A DNA stretch of 64,000 nucleotides from an uncultured Bacteroidales bacterium (GCA_964626855.1 CAZVKJ010000002.1:101852-165851), one strand, 5' to 3'; positions 52,901-62,112 are shown, counted from the stretch's first letter. The notes: a model not told the origin generated them from the letters alone. Numbers and translations: made by a program.

Positions 52901-55900
52901 AATATTTGAAGTTCCTGAATTGGTTGCGGTAAATGAAGGAACATTGCCTGTGCCGCTTGATGTCAAACCAATTGCAGTATTTGAGTTCGTCCAGGAAAAT
53001 GTGCCGCCGGCCGGGGTGCTGGTAAAGGATGTAGCAGACACCGTGCCTCCATTACAAACGCTGATGTTTGAAGGAACAGTTACCGTAGGCGTCGGGTTTA
53101 CCGTGATAGTGTATGAAGAAGGGGATCCTGCACAACCGGATAAAGTCGGGGTGACAGCAATCGTTGCAGTAATGGGTGATGTTCCAGTGTTATGTGCAGT
53201 AAAGGACGCAATGTTTCCCGTGCCGCTGGCAGCAAGCCCGATGGCGGTGTTTGTATTTGTCCATGTGTAGGTAGCACCGGCAGGTGTGCTGGTAAAATTT
53301 GTCGCCGCAACGGTGCCGTTATTACATACTGCAAAATTTGATGGCACTGTTACCGTCGGTGTTACATTAACAGTGACAGGATAATTTGCAGATACAGTGC
53401 CATTGCCGCATGAATTCGTTCCCATTACAGTGAGGTTCCCTGATGTAGCCGATGATGAGAAATTAATTGTTACAGCATTAGTTGTCCCTGAAATGGTTGC
53501 CCCAGTACCGGAATAAGCCCATGTATAATTTGTAGCTCCTGTTATTGCAGGAACAGAGTAGGAAACATTGTTTTGTCCCTGGCAAACAGCAGTCGATCCT
53601 GTAATAGTTCCGGCTGCGCCGGGAAGTGTGCAAGCCGTGCACACAATAGGAGATACATATATGGCAGAATAAAGCTGGTTGCTTGATAATGCAGGAAAAG
53701 AATTCCATGTTGTTCCGTATTTTACAAACCCGGAATTGACCAGGCTTGTTCTGGATACTGCCTGATAAACGGCAAATGTATCAGCAGGGGTGTTATAGTA
53801 TACTTTATAGCCGACATATACATCGGAACCCGTAAAAGTAACAGGGGTGTCGAACTGAACATAGTTAATTGCATTTGGTGTTAATGCGCTCAGATAAATA
53901 TCTTTGGATCCCAGAACGGTTCCAGGCGTGGAACCTCCGCCCTGGTATACGTTGAATGTTATTTTATGATTTCCTCCTGTACCACCGCTATATGCTTTTG
54001 CAACGCCAACTTCCAGCCCGGTTATATTCTGGGTGGTAACACCTGTATAATATTCTGCAAATTCGCTGAATGAATAATAATTATGTCCTGTCCAGGATCC
54101 CCATTGATTGGTAAAGCCGTACAGCGCAAGATTGTCAGATTGAAGCAGGTTGGTTAATGTATCGCAGGTAGATCCTCCTGACCCTGTAGTGGTAGCATTA
54201 CCTGTAAGTGCCGGTGTCAGGTAACAGTAACCCGTGCTGGTATATTCAAATATTGCATAATGATATGCGATTCCGGATAATAAACCGGTCACATTTACAG
54301 AAGTTCCGGTACCGGAATAAACAACATAGTTTCCGGTTCCGAGTTGTGTGCCGATGCCGAATGTTGCATTGGCAGTATATGATGTTCCGTTTACCGGAGA
54401 TGCATTCACTGCGCTGCCTGCTCTTGCCACCACAATGACACCGCCTGTTCCGTTACCGCGCGTCCATCCAACAGTCATTGAATTATTGGTTATGGATGAT
54501 GAAGTGAAAGAAGTGGCCTGGGTGGTGGGCGGAGTGCATGAAGAGCAGGTTGAAATTCCTGCTAATGTTGTCGCCCCTGTATTTGTCGGGTCCAGCCAGT
54601 CCTTTAATCTTTTATCTGCCGTGGTGCCGTTTTGATCCCAGTGATAATATACTTTACCATAATAGTCCGGCGAATTAGGGGAAGTACAATACGACGTACC
54701 ACCTGTCAAAGTGCCGACAATTTTTCCGGTGCTGTTAAATATCGGCGATCCCGATGAACCACCTTCGGTAACACCATGGCCGTTAGTTGTTGCAGCCCAA
54801 TATACAAGCCAATGAGTGCCTGTTCCTCCAACGTTTACAGATGATAATGCAGTTGTGTATGTCGAAATTTTCATGATATCACCGTCAGGATGATGAATTC
54901 CGACTCCGCTTGAGCTTGCTGTATTATTGCGGTCCCATCCGTTATAATAGACATTATATGAGCTTGAGATGGCGCTGTTTATCTGAACAAGGCAGAAGTC
55001 GGAACCATCGTCGTTTGAACCATAAGTATCATGGGCTTTGAGCGTACAGCCTGTTTTTGTGAGCGTCCCGGATGAAGAAGTACCTGAGCATGTGGATGCC
55101 TCATAATGAAAATAAAAAATCCAGGAGTTATAATCAGAAGATGATGAATAAGATCCATTGTAATAGTGGCAATGATCGGCCAGTAGTACATATGGAGTGC
55201 AGTCCTGGCTTGTATTGTTCACCAATGAACCGGTACAGTTAAACCAATTTGACCCGTTTTTGATGTCTATTTTGCATACACCTTTTTTCTCATCCTGCCA
55301 GTTGTCTCCTTCGGGTGAACATATAACATTCACTTCGCATGTCCCGGCACTTTTATTAACGCTGCCTTCTTCTGCACGATAGAAAAAGTAAAGTTCAGTA
55401 ATGTGCAACAAGGGTGATTCTTGTATATTATCCGGAATAAACATTTCGAGCGTAATTTCATCACCCTGTAATTTTTCGTTGGCGAAAAAATTATTGCTTG
55501 TATTGTTTATCGATGTATAAGCCCCAAGAATTCCGGTTTTGTCTTTATTATACAGGAAGAGTTTTACTCCTTCAGGCAAATGAAAGTAAGAATATCCAAA
55601 ACCTATAGCTTTTGCCCCCTCCGACTTTACTGTTAATCGCCAGATCCTTGCATGCTGATCAGGGATATCCGTCCATGTCCCGGAGTTTGTGAGACTAAAA
55701 TCAGCAGGTAGAGTGACCCCAATCCTGTATGGCTCGCTTTTCGATGCCCGGTCATGATCTTCGGCAGCAAGCTGAACCAGATCCGGCGGTTGTACCATGA
55801 CTAAATCAATATTATTTGAAATGTTTTTCATTCCAAAACTGGGTGGGATTCCACCTTGGCTATCTTGTGAATACCCTACTGTTATTCCGTAAATGAACAG

Positions 55901-55933
55901 AAAAACAATAAATAACAGTTTTTTCATAATCAT
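49913..55933 (-). CDS. 2006-aa T9SS-secreted lysyl-endopeptidase-like S1 serine protease fused to FN3, PKD/Ig-like repeats, dockerin-like and cohesin-like modules
   Basis: Signal peptide, then a pro-region. The catalytic triad context is of Achromobacter-protease-I type: YVLLADHCHY (His), SDFCLVQIN (Asp) and GGSSGSPIF (Ser). Then an FN3-like segment (MTVGWTRGNGTGGVIVVAR...YHYAIFEY), six 90-aa repeats, the same C-terminal cassette as 29848..31200, and a T9SS tail. Confidence 0.85.
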   Translation of the reverse strand: MIMKKLLFIVFLFIYGITVGYSQDSQGGIPPSFGMKNISNNIDLVMVQPPDLVQLAAEDHDRASKSEPYRIGVTLPADFSLTNSGTWTDIPDQHARIWRLTVKSEGAKAIGFGYSYFHLPEGVKLFLYNKDKTGILGAYTSINNTSNNFFANEKLQGDEITLEMFIPDNIQESPLLHITELYFFYRAEEGSVNKSAGTCEVNVICSPEGDNWQDEKKGVCKIDIKNGSNWFNCTGSLVNNTSQDCTPYVLLADHCHYYNGSYSSSSDYNSWIFYFHYEASTCSGTSSSGTLTKTGCTLKAHDTYGSNDDGSDFCLVQINSAISSSYNVYYNGWDRNNTASSSGVGIHHPDGDIMKISTYTTALSSVNVGGTGTHWLVYWAATTNGHGVTEGGSSGSPIFNSTGKIVGTLTGGTSYCTSPNSPDYYGKVYYHWDQNGTTADKRLKDWLDPTNTGATTLAGISTCSSCTPPTTQATSFTSSSITNNSMTVGWTRGNGTGGVIVVARAGSAVNASPVNGTSYTANATFGIGTQLGTGNYVVYSGTGTSVNVTGLLSGIAYHYAIFEYTSTGYCYLTPALTGNATTTGSGGSTCDTLTNLLQSDNLALYGFTNQWGSWTGHNYYSFSEFAEYYTGVTTQNITGLEVGVAKAYSGGTGGNHKITFNVYQGGGSTPGTVLGSKDIYLSALTPNAINYVQFDTPVTFTGSDVYVGYKVYYNTPADTFAVYQAVSRTSLVNSGFVKYGTTWNSFPALSSNQLYSAIYVSPIVCTACTLPGAAGTITGSTAVCQGQNNVSYSVPAITGATNYTWAYSGTGATISGTTNAVTINFSSSATSGNLTVMGTNSCGNGTVSANYPVTVNVTPTVTVPSNFAVCNNGTVAATNFTSTPAGATYTWTNTNTAIGLAASGTGNIASFTAHNTGTSPITATIAVTPTLSGCAGSPSSYTITVNPTPTVTVPSNISVCNGGTVSATSFTSTPAGGTFSWTNSNTAIGLTSSGTGNVPSFTATNSGTSNITATLTVTPTVNSCVGTSSSYTITVKPTPTVTVPSNISVCNGGMVSATSFTSTPAGGTFSWTNSNTAIGLTSSGTGNVPSFTATNSGTSNITATLTVTPTVNSCVGTSSSYTITVKPTPTVTVPSNISVCNGSTVSATSFTSTPAGGTFSWTNSNTAIGLTSSGSGNIPSFTATNTGTASISATITVTPTVNSCVGTPSSYTITVKPTPVVTAPSNITVCNNGIVPAVNFTSTPAGATFSWTNSNTTIGLAASGTGSIASFTAHNTGTSPILATILVTPTLNGCQGSPVYFVITVNPTPTVTVPSNITVCSGGTVTATNFLSTPAGGTYTWTNSNSALGLAFSGTGNIPSFTATNTGTSPIIATITVTPTVNNCTGTPSAYTITVNPRPVPTITGLPSVCAGATGVTYTTESSMTGYTWNVSAGGNITAGTGTNTITVSWTTVGLQTVTVNYSNGYDCAASSATIKDVQVYAVPIAEAGTSATYTGAPVSIGDPDNGPGTISWQPTSGLNNPAIAQPTASPSITTTYTLTVSNNNCTATDVVTVYVGGSGHVISGKTRYTGKANVGTVPNPPTYNAVIYDIDNVVVILKNYPAGTEVARDTSDLQGNYQFTNVADGNYILSYDKYAADTMQWCNDVNAVDIALLKYYIGVDTMVDPSRNFSAKYKNAGSVDNNTSINAVDIARIKAKIGAPYNVTKNFPKGNWAALDTMVTVAGSNLSITLKTISYGDFNASSTKYRDSTTNWSGLKSLPQDFIVSSDEYQVITNPSYFEVPLRISSKIDDFSALGLEAKYPESDFRLISAYVSGTGKNSPEIKINPSLDEIMTSDNDLLVTDENGVIRVVYATTHHFDVNPNDQILVLGFRTLKDPEPGEINFSLSGTGVAANRFGEENDGTYLLMPKIFFQASNSENGFDFTAYPNPFDDNVKLTYNIPENGMVTINIYNATGELVSELQNENQTGGTHTIAFSPKDLPAGIYTFRLDFLGAEKSNCMVLKLVH
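51740..53359 (-). repeat. six tandem 270-nt (90-aa) PKD/Ig-like coding repeats; units 2 and 3 nearly identical at the DNA level
   Basis: attacaaac-type anchors recur at 51971, 52241, 52511, 52781, 53051 and 53321. Only about 4 mismatches were seen in the aligned stretches of 52550-52819 versus 52820-53089. The unit reads PT(P)TVTVPSNISVCNGGTVSATSFTSTPAGGTFSWTNSNTAIGL.SSGTGN.PSFTATN.GTS.ITAT.TVTPTVNSC.GT.SSYTITVK. Confidence 0.95.
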
Positions 55934-56076
55934 TAATTTGAATTTTTTTAGTAAAGTTATTTTATTTTTGTGTAATAATATACGAAAATATTATAATCTT
56001 TATTGGGATTTTGCTTTAAAATGAAAAATCAATCAACACGGGTTTGTTTATAATACGAATATTGAGAATAACAAAA

Positions 56077-56107
56077 AAAGCTCTGCAAGGTTTTATTGCA
56101 GAGCTTT
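56077..56107 (-). terminator. rho-independent terminator after the 852-aa protease gene
   Basis: Stem aaagctctgcaa/ttgcagagcttt with a 7-nt loop and A/T-rich flanks. Confidence 0.65.
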
Positions 56108-56171
56108 TTAATAGTTTAAAGTCTAAAGTAAGGATTCCCTGATAAGATGTTTTGTAAACAAACTAAAGAAT

Positions 56172-58730
56172 TTATTTTTTAATGAATTTTTTTACTTCGG
56201 AAGATTTTCCGTTATTGAATTTTATAAAATAAAGCCCGGGAGTGTATCCGGAAGTTTTCACCGACGTTTTCTGTAATAAATTGCCTTTGTAGATTACAGC
56301 TCCAATAGTGTTATAAATTTCAAAATCAATTACATCATTATTGTCATTGCTTTCAATAAGCAATTCATCGGTCACGGGGTTCGGATAAATGCTAACCGGT
56401 AAGGCCTGGCCATTTTCGGTAACAGAAGTAATTGTTCCGGAACAAATCATCGGGTCGACTACAATGGAAGTATACAAATCAGGATTGGTTAAATCAGGAT
56501 AGGAATACCAAGTGCCATTATATTTGAGGTACCCGGTGTTTATCGCACTTGTTCTGGTTTCTGCCTGGGCAACATTAAAAGTATCCGTTGGCGTATTATA
56601 ATAAATGGCATAGCCCACATAAAAATTAGTTCCGGTAAATGTTATGGGACTTGTAAATGTAATATAATTCAATGCGTATGGTGTAAGTGAACTAATATAA
56701 ACATCTTTGTATCCCAGAACATTTCCGGGCATAGAGCCTCCACCCTGGTACACATTAAATGTAACTTTGTGATTTCCACCGGTTCCGCCACTAAAAGCCT
56801 TGCCAACATATACTTCAAGTCCGGTGATAACCGGATTGGTTATGGTTGTAGTATAATATTCGGCAAAATCCGAGAAAGAATAAGAGTTATGCCCCGTCCA
56901 TGTTCCCCAGGTGCCTACGCTATAAAGTGTAAGATTATCGGTGGGTAGAATGTTTGTGAGGGTATCACAACCTGAAAGTACTGCCCCTGTTGTTGTCGCG
57001 TTGCCGATTAAAGCAGGTATTTTATAGCAGGTTCCTGTTGAATTATATTCATAAACAGCATAAAAATAAGCGGTACCTGCACTCAGGCCGGTAACATTTA
57101 CAGAGGTTCCGGTTCCCATATACACTACATAATTTCCGGTGCCGATCTGGGTACCATTACCAAAAGCAGCATTTGCGGTATATGAAGTCCCGCTTACAGG
57201 GTCAGAATTTACAGCACTTCCTGCCTTCGCAAGAACAATAACTCCAGCGGTACCGTTACCACGTGACCAGCCAACAGTCATTGATGTGTTTGTTATGGAG
57301 GTGCTGGTAAATGATGTTGCCTGGGTGGTTGGTTGTGTGCATGTTGTTCCGCATGAAGCTGCTCCTGCTAATGATGTTACGCCCGTATTGGTAGGATCAA
57401 GCCAGTCTTTTAATCGCTTTGCACTGGTGCTTCCGTTTTGGTCCCAATGATAATACATTTTACCAAAATAGTCCGGCTGATTTGGGGATGAACAATATGA
57501 GTTGCCACCGGTCAATGTTCCAATAATTTTTCCGGAGCTATTGAACAGGGAAGACCCTGATGAGCCTTGTTCGGTTACTCCATGTCCGTTGGTTGTTGCT
57601 GCCCAATATGTTAACCAGTGGGTTCCTGTACCACCGACATTATAGGATGTCGGGGTAGAGGTAAAAGTTGAAATTTTCATAATATCGCCAGCGGGATGGT
57701 GAATGCATACACCACTGGAGGTGGCTGTATTTGTACGATCCCATCCATTGTAATATACGTTATAAGAGGTTGCTATAGCGCTGTTGATTTGAACAAGGCA
57801 GAAGTCTGAGCCCGTACTGTTTGAACCATAAGTGTCATGAGCCTTTAGCGTACAACCTGTTTTTGATTGGGTGCCTGAGGCAGACGTTCCCGAACAGGTT
57901 GATGCTTCGTAATGGAAATAAAACACCCAGGAATTGTAATCTGATGTGGAAGCATAACCTCCATCATAATGGCAATGGTCGGCCAATAAAACATAGGGTG
58001 TGCAATCCTGGCTGGTATTATTGACAAGGGATCCTGAACAGTTAAACCAGTTTGAACCTATTTTTATATCCAGTTTGCAGATTCCTTTTTTCTGATTTTG
58101 CCAATTGTCTCCTTCGGGTGAGCAAATTACATTGACTTCACAAGAACCGGAACTTTTGTTAATTTCAGATTCATCGGTACGGTAAAAATAATATAATTCA
58201 GTTATATGCAACGAAACGGAGTTTTTAACCTTATTTGGGACAAAAAGCTCAAGCGTTATTTCATCACCTTTTACTTTTTCATTAGCGAAAAAATGATTAT
58301 CAGTATTGTTAATGGATGTAAATGCTCCAAGCACCATCGACCTGTCTTTATTATATAAAAAGAGCCTGGCACCATCAGGCATAAAGAATGAAGAATATCC
58401 AAAGCCAATCGCTTTTGCACTTTCTGATTTCACAGTCAATCGCCATAAACTGGCATTTTGCAAGGGCAGATCTGTCCATGTACCTGAATTCAGCAGGCTG
58501 AAATCAGCCGAAAGAGTGATCCCGATTCTGTATGGTTCGCTTTTTGAAGCACGATCAGCGTCCTCCATAGCAAGTTTTGCTAAATCCGGAGGTTGAACGT
58601 TAACAAGATCAACATCACCTGAAATGTTTTTCAAATCGAAACTTAAAGGAGTTCCTCCCTGGCTGTCTTGCGCATATGCCATGGTTATTGCCGAACAGCA
58701 TATCACAGCAATTAATATTAATCTTTTCAT
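56172..58730 (-). CDS. 852-aa T9SS-secreted lysyl-endopeptidase-like S1 serine protease (short paralog)
   Basis: Collinear with the first ~760 residues of the 2006-aa protein (YVLLADHCHY, SDFCLVQIN, QGSSGSSLF, FN3-like MTVGWSRGNGTAGVIVLAK). It then goes directly to a T9SS tail VSIYPNPVTDELLIES...FEIYNTIGAVIY...TPGLYFIKF. Confidence 0.85.
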   Translation of the reverse strand: MKRLILIAVICCSAITMAYAQDSQGGTPLSFDLKNISGDVDLVNVQPPDLAKLAMEDADRASKSEPYRIGITLSADFSLLNSGTWTDLPLQNASLWRLTVKSESAKAIGFGYSSFFMPDGARLFLYNKDRSMVLGAFTSINNTDNHFFANEKVKGDEITLELFVPNKVKNSVSLHITELYYFYRTDESEINKSSGSCEVNVICSPEGDNWQNQKKGICKLDIKIGSNWFNCSGSLVNNTSQDCTPYVLLADHCHYDGGYASTSDYNSWVFYFHYEASTCSGTSASGTQSKTGCTLKAHDTYGSNSTGSDFCLVQINSAIATSYNVYYNGWDRTNTATSSGVCIHHPAGDIMKISTFTSTPTSYNVGGTGTHWLTYWAATTNGHGVTEQGSSGSSLFNSSGKIIGTLTGGNSYCSSPNQPDYFGKMYYHWDQNGSTSAKRLKDWLDPTNTGVTSLAGAASCGTTCTQPTTQATSFTSTSITNTSMTVGWSRGNGTAGVIVLAKAGSAVNSDPVSGTSYTANAAFGNGTQIGTGNYVVYMGTGTSVNVTGLSAGTAYFYAVYEYNSTGTCYKIPALIGNATTTGAVLSGCDTLTNILPTDNLTLYSVGTWGTWTGHNSYSFSDFAEYYTTTITNPVITGLEVYVGKAFSGGTGGNHKVTFNVYQGGGSMPGNVLGYKDVYISSLTPYALNYITFTSPITFTGTNFYVGYAIYYNTPTDTFNVAQAETRTSAINTGYLKYNGTWYSYPDLTNPDLYTSIVVDPMICSGTITSVTENGQALPVSIYPNPVTDELLIESNDNNDVIDFEIYNTIGAVIYKGNLLQKTSVKTSGYTPGLYFIKFNNGKSSEVKKFIKK

Positions 58731-59035
58731 GACAAATTGGTTAAAAAATTGGATAAAAATAGCATTTTATAAGATATAAAATTTAAACAATGATATTATT
58801 TTTACAAATAAATGTACTAGGGTATGATTTTTAAAATCAAATTTTTACGTGATAATAAGGTGTTTTTCCTGTGTTTTTATCTACATTTTGATTTTTTTTA
58901 TCGACCATAAGATCAAATGAGTAATCTATGCCGCATTGTACAAAATATTCATTTTATACAGCATCAGAAAAAACATTATGATTGCATATTTCCAGGCAAC
59001 GAAAAAACTTCAAATAAAAGAGAATCCCTGCAAGA

Positions 59036-60058
59036 TTACTGCTTGATAAAACTTCTGGAAACGGAGGATTTGCCTTCACCCAGCCTGATTATATATAAAC
59101 CGGAAGCAAAATTTCGGGTATCTACGATGGTCTGTTGTTTTACAACACCGCTATAAACAATTTTTCCGCAATTATTGTATATGCTGAAGTCAACAGGCAG
59201 GTTATTGTTTTTGGATAAAACCAGTTCTCCTTTTACAGGATTGGGTTTTATTTCGATATTGGGGGCAATACTTTCATCAGAAACCGATGTAATCAAAATG
59301 CTGATAACATTGGAGGCTTCTGATGCACAACCGAAATTGTCATAAGCGACGACATAATAATTTCCTGATGTTATTGGAGTATAGGATGATGATGTTGCTC
59401 CGGCAACAGGCCCGTTGTCATCGTACCACTGATTGCCTGAAGGTACAGAAGAGAATAGTGTGTTGCCATTTTGATTAATTACCGGTGTAATCGTCGGGAC
59501 ATATATAGATCCTGTGATATTTTGCAAATATGTTTCTCCGGAAAGTGTCTGAAAAGAATTGTCATATGTTAAACCGGGAGGGTTATAGTCTGGGGTTCGC
59601 GAGGGTGAAGGATCATTATTTTCAAAAAGCCTTACACTGGCAGGGCAAATATTTGAGGGTAAACTAAATGTAAAAAGAAGAATATCAGAACCTAATACCA
59701 GCGGCTCATTAAAGGGGGCTCCGGTTGTTGCAAATTTGTGATAATCTTTTTGCCCGTCAAATGTCAATGTGTTGAAATATGGTGAATTATCATTCCAGCC
59801 TGCATTTGAGGGATTGATGGATGTGCACGATATAACTGAATTGGGGGCAGCCTCGGGTAGAACAATGCAAAAACCCGACGGACCAACAAAATTATTCCAT
59901 CCGTTGGAAGAAAGCGCCCCGCCAACATGTAAGTGAGCTTCGTACATGTTTATGGCAGGATTATAACGGAGTTCATATGTTGACTCCATTCGGTTTTGTG
60001 CCTTTAAATAAGACATAACAGCAAAAATGCTGAAAATTAAAAAAATATAAGTTTTCAT
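59036..60058 (-). CDS. 340-aa secreted protein of unknown function with T9SS C-terminal sorting domain
   Basis: The start is set at MKTYIFLIFSIFAVMSYLKAQ (signal peptide). The longer track ORF adds 40 non-signal residues. The tail reads IEIKPNPVKGELVL...FSIYNNCGKIVY...ASGLYIIRL. Confidence 0.75.
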   Translation of the reverse strand: MKTYIFLIFSIFAVMSYLKAQNRMESTYELRYNPAINMYEAHLHVGGALSSNGWNNFVGPSGFCIVLPEAAPNSVISCTSINPSNAGWNDNSPYFNTLTFDGQKDYHKFATTGAPFNEPLVLGSDILLFTFSLPSNICPASVRLFENNDPSPSRTPDYNPPGLTYDNSFQTLSGETYLQNITGSIYVPTITPVINQNGNTLFSSVPSGNQWYDDNGPVAGATSSSYTPITSGNYYVVAYDNFGCASEASNVISILITSVSDESIAPNIEIKPNPVKGELVLSKNNNLPVDFSIYNNCGKIVYSGVVKQQTIVDTRNFASGLYIIRLGEGKSSVSRSFIKQ

Positions 60059-60106
60059 AAAATACAGCATTAATATTTTAAAAAAAAATTCTTTATACTT
60101 ATTATA

Positions 60107-60114
60107 CAAATATA
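60107..60114 (-). promoter_or_regulatory. candidate -7 promoter box for the 340-aa T9SS cargo gene
   Basis: The coding strand reads TATATTTG, 49-56 nt upstream of the ATG at 60058. This supports the shorter start. Confidence 0.4.
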
Positions 60115-60665
60115 AGCAATTTTTATGAAAAAAACATCTTTTTTGGGATGTTTTTTTTATGTTTTCTTTAAAGGACACATGAACCTTTGTTTATACCGGA
60201 TTTTTCAACCTGATGAGTACTTCGCATCATGTGTAAAATGTGCCATAGAAATCATCCCGGCACCTCACAAATTAAAATATTGCTTAAGCTGGTTTTTATA
60301 AAACAGATCAATATGGGCTGCAATAAAAATGTATCCATAGCAAACGCCCGAAAACAAAGCATTTGGAACACCTTAACGATTGAAAGCTTTTTTCACCGGA
60401 ATAACATTGAACAAATCATGCCGGTGGTTTCTGTATATCTGTTTGCAAAATTAGAATGTACAAAAGCCAATTGCCGATGACTTTTTACATTATACTTTCA
60501 CGAACCACCCACATCACAGAACAGAAAAAAGTTTTAACTATATCTGAAAATCAGTTTGTCCTTTTACGGACTTTCAAATTCCGGTTTCAGGCCTAATCAA
60601 CCATCGCAATATCAAGGGATATGAGAAGTTTTTCATTTATTTTGTGAATGATTCATGATAATTCA

Positions 60666-61448
60666 TTACAAGAAAACATCAAAAATATATTTGAAATTTA
60701 TCAGGTCAAAAAGATGGAGCACCGTAATGACAATGACAACGATTATGACATACCTGATGAAATTGGCGCCCCAGGAAGCGGCGTAACGCGAAGCTATAAA
60801 TGCCCCGATAATATTACCTGTTGACAATACCAATCCAAATTCCCAGTTAACCTGGCCGTATAAAATAAATACGATAAGCGAAAATGGCGTATATGCCATG
60901 ACCAGTAGATTTTTCAGGACGTTCGCTTTAAGTAAATCATATCCTGAAAGCAGTACCAACACAGCTATCAGAAAAAATCCCACACCAATGTGGATAAATC
61001 CCCCATAAAAACCTATGGCGGTATATGCAATATATTCATACCATTTTACAGGTTGTTGAATGAGGTGTGCTTGTTGTTTAAGCCATTTTTCCGGTTTGTA
61101 AATAATAAAGAACAGCATTACAAACATAACAACAGCGATAACCTTTTCAATCACCGATTCATTGAGATTGGCTGCTGTCATTGACCCGGCGACAGAACCT
61201 ATTATGGTTGGGATACAAAGGATCAATCCTTTTTTCAGGTCAAGAAGCTTTTGTTTTTTAAACGTAAAAACCGCGACGATCGTCTGAAGCATCACCGCAA
61301 TACGGTTTGTGCCGTTAGCAACAGTGGCCGGTAAACCCAGAAAAATAAGTAATGATACGGTAATAATTGTTCCGCCACCGGCAAGGGTATTGATAAAGCC
61401 TACCAGGACTCCTGACAAAATCAAAACGATTGCTTCCGCCCAGCTCAC
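60666..61448 (-). CDS. TauE/SafE (TSUP, DUF81) family anion exporter/permease
   Basis: About 8 TM helices, with the family N-terminal pattern LSGVLVGFINTLAGGGTIITVSLLIFLGLP...ANGTNRIAV and an internal repeat. Confidence 0.75.
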   Translation of the reverse strand: MSWAEAIVLILSGVLVGFINTLAGGGTIITVSLLIFLGLPATVANGTNRIAVMLQTIVAVFTFKKQKLLDLKKGLILCIPTIIGSVAGSMTAANLNESVIEKVIAVVMFVMLFFIIYKPEKWLKQQAHLIQQPVKWYEYIAYTAIGFYGGFIHIGVGFFLIAVLVLLSGYDLLKANVLKNLLVMAYTPFSLIVFILYGQVNWEFGLVLSTGNIIGAFIASRYAASWGANFIRYVIIVVIVITVLHLFDLINFKYIFDVFL

Positions 61449-61503
61449 AAAAAAATTTTTACAAAAATAGTGGAATTATAAAGGTGAAATAATACTGAAA
61501 TGA

Positions 61504-62112
61504 TTAGAAATTGTTTTGAATAATCTTTTCTGCTTTTTCCAGCCATTGCAAAGCCAGGTTGCCGGCAGCCTGCATGTTTTCGGCCATGGACACAAAGCCA
61601 TGATCTTTAATGACAATAAAATTATTGCCGCTTAAAATTTCAAGTACACTATCGGCAAGGGCAACAGACCCGTAGTCTGTTTTGTAGCGTGTTTCAGGGA
61701 TACCCAGGCGGGTTGCATTTTGGGTGAGCAGGGCATTGTGCCCGTGAAAGACTGCATATACATCCGGCCTGTTTTTATAAATGAGATGATGCATGAAACT
61801 TTCCGATGAAGGTTCCCGTACCCCCTTTATATAAACGTTTTTGCCAGGCATGTTGCAATAAGTAACTTCCACAAAACTTGCATTTTTATGAGCATCCTGC
61901 AAAGCAATGCTTGTTCCGGTAATAATAAAAGAATTGTTTTGTGTCCTGAAACTGAGATTGCCATATGAGCCTCCGGGATAGGGCGGTGTAAGTCCTCTTT
62001 CATGAAAAACGGCACACCATTTTTTTAAATCTTCGAGTAACGGATGATGAGGAAGATGTTTGAGAACAAACACCGGTTTAAACTTGACTCCGCTGTAAAC
62101 TTCCCCGGCCAT
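61504..62112 (-). CDS. class II aldolase/adducin-family protein (MtnB-like dehydratase or MTRu-1-P aldolase)
   Basis: GNLSFR, ITGTS, PSSESFMHHLIY, AVFHGHN and DHGFVSMA match class II aldolase metal and phosphate motifs. Its ATG overlaps the mtnA stop by 1 nt (TAATG). Confidence 0.65.
   Translation of the reverse strand: MAGEVYSGVKFKPVFVLKHLPHHPLLEDLKKWCAVFHERGLTPPYPGGSYGNLSFRTQNNSFIITGTSIALQDAHKNASFVEVTYCNMPGKNVYIKGVREPSSESFMHHLIYKNRPDVYAVFHGHNALLTQNATRLGIPETRYKTDYGSVALADSVLEILSGNNFIVIKDHGFVSMAENMQAAGNLALQWLEKAEKIIQNNF

Noticed and set aside
52071-53270. 399-aa plus-strand ORF, plus similar plus-strand ORFs at 51579..51920, 54348..54635 and 57139..57450.
   Set aside because: It lies entirely antisense to the strongly supported minus-strand protease genes. 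It stays open only because the in-phase 270-nt repeats lack stop codons on the opposite strand. It has Val/Pro/Gly-rich repetitive composition, no start context and no signal of its own.
60179-60665. Gene-free stretch of about 490 bp with an 83-aa plus-strand ORF (60229..60480) between the T9SS cargo gene and the TauE gene.
   Set aside because: The ORF has no motif, an odd composition (MCKMCHRNHPGTSQ…) and no promoter box. I found no riboswitch-like or tRNA-like structure by eye. It is most simply a long 5' regulatory region of the cargo gene.
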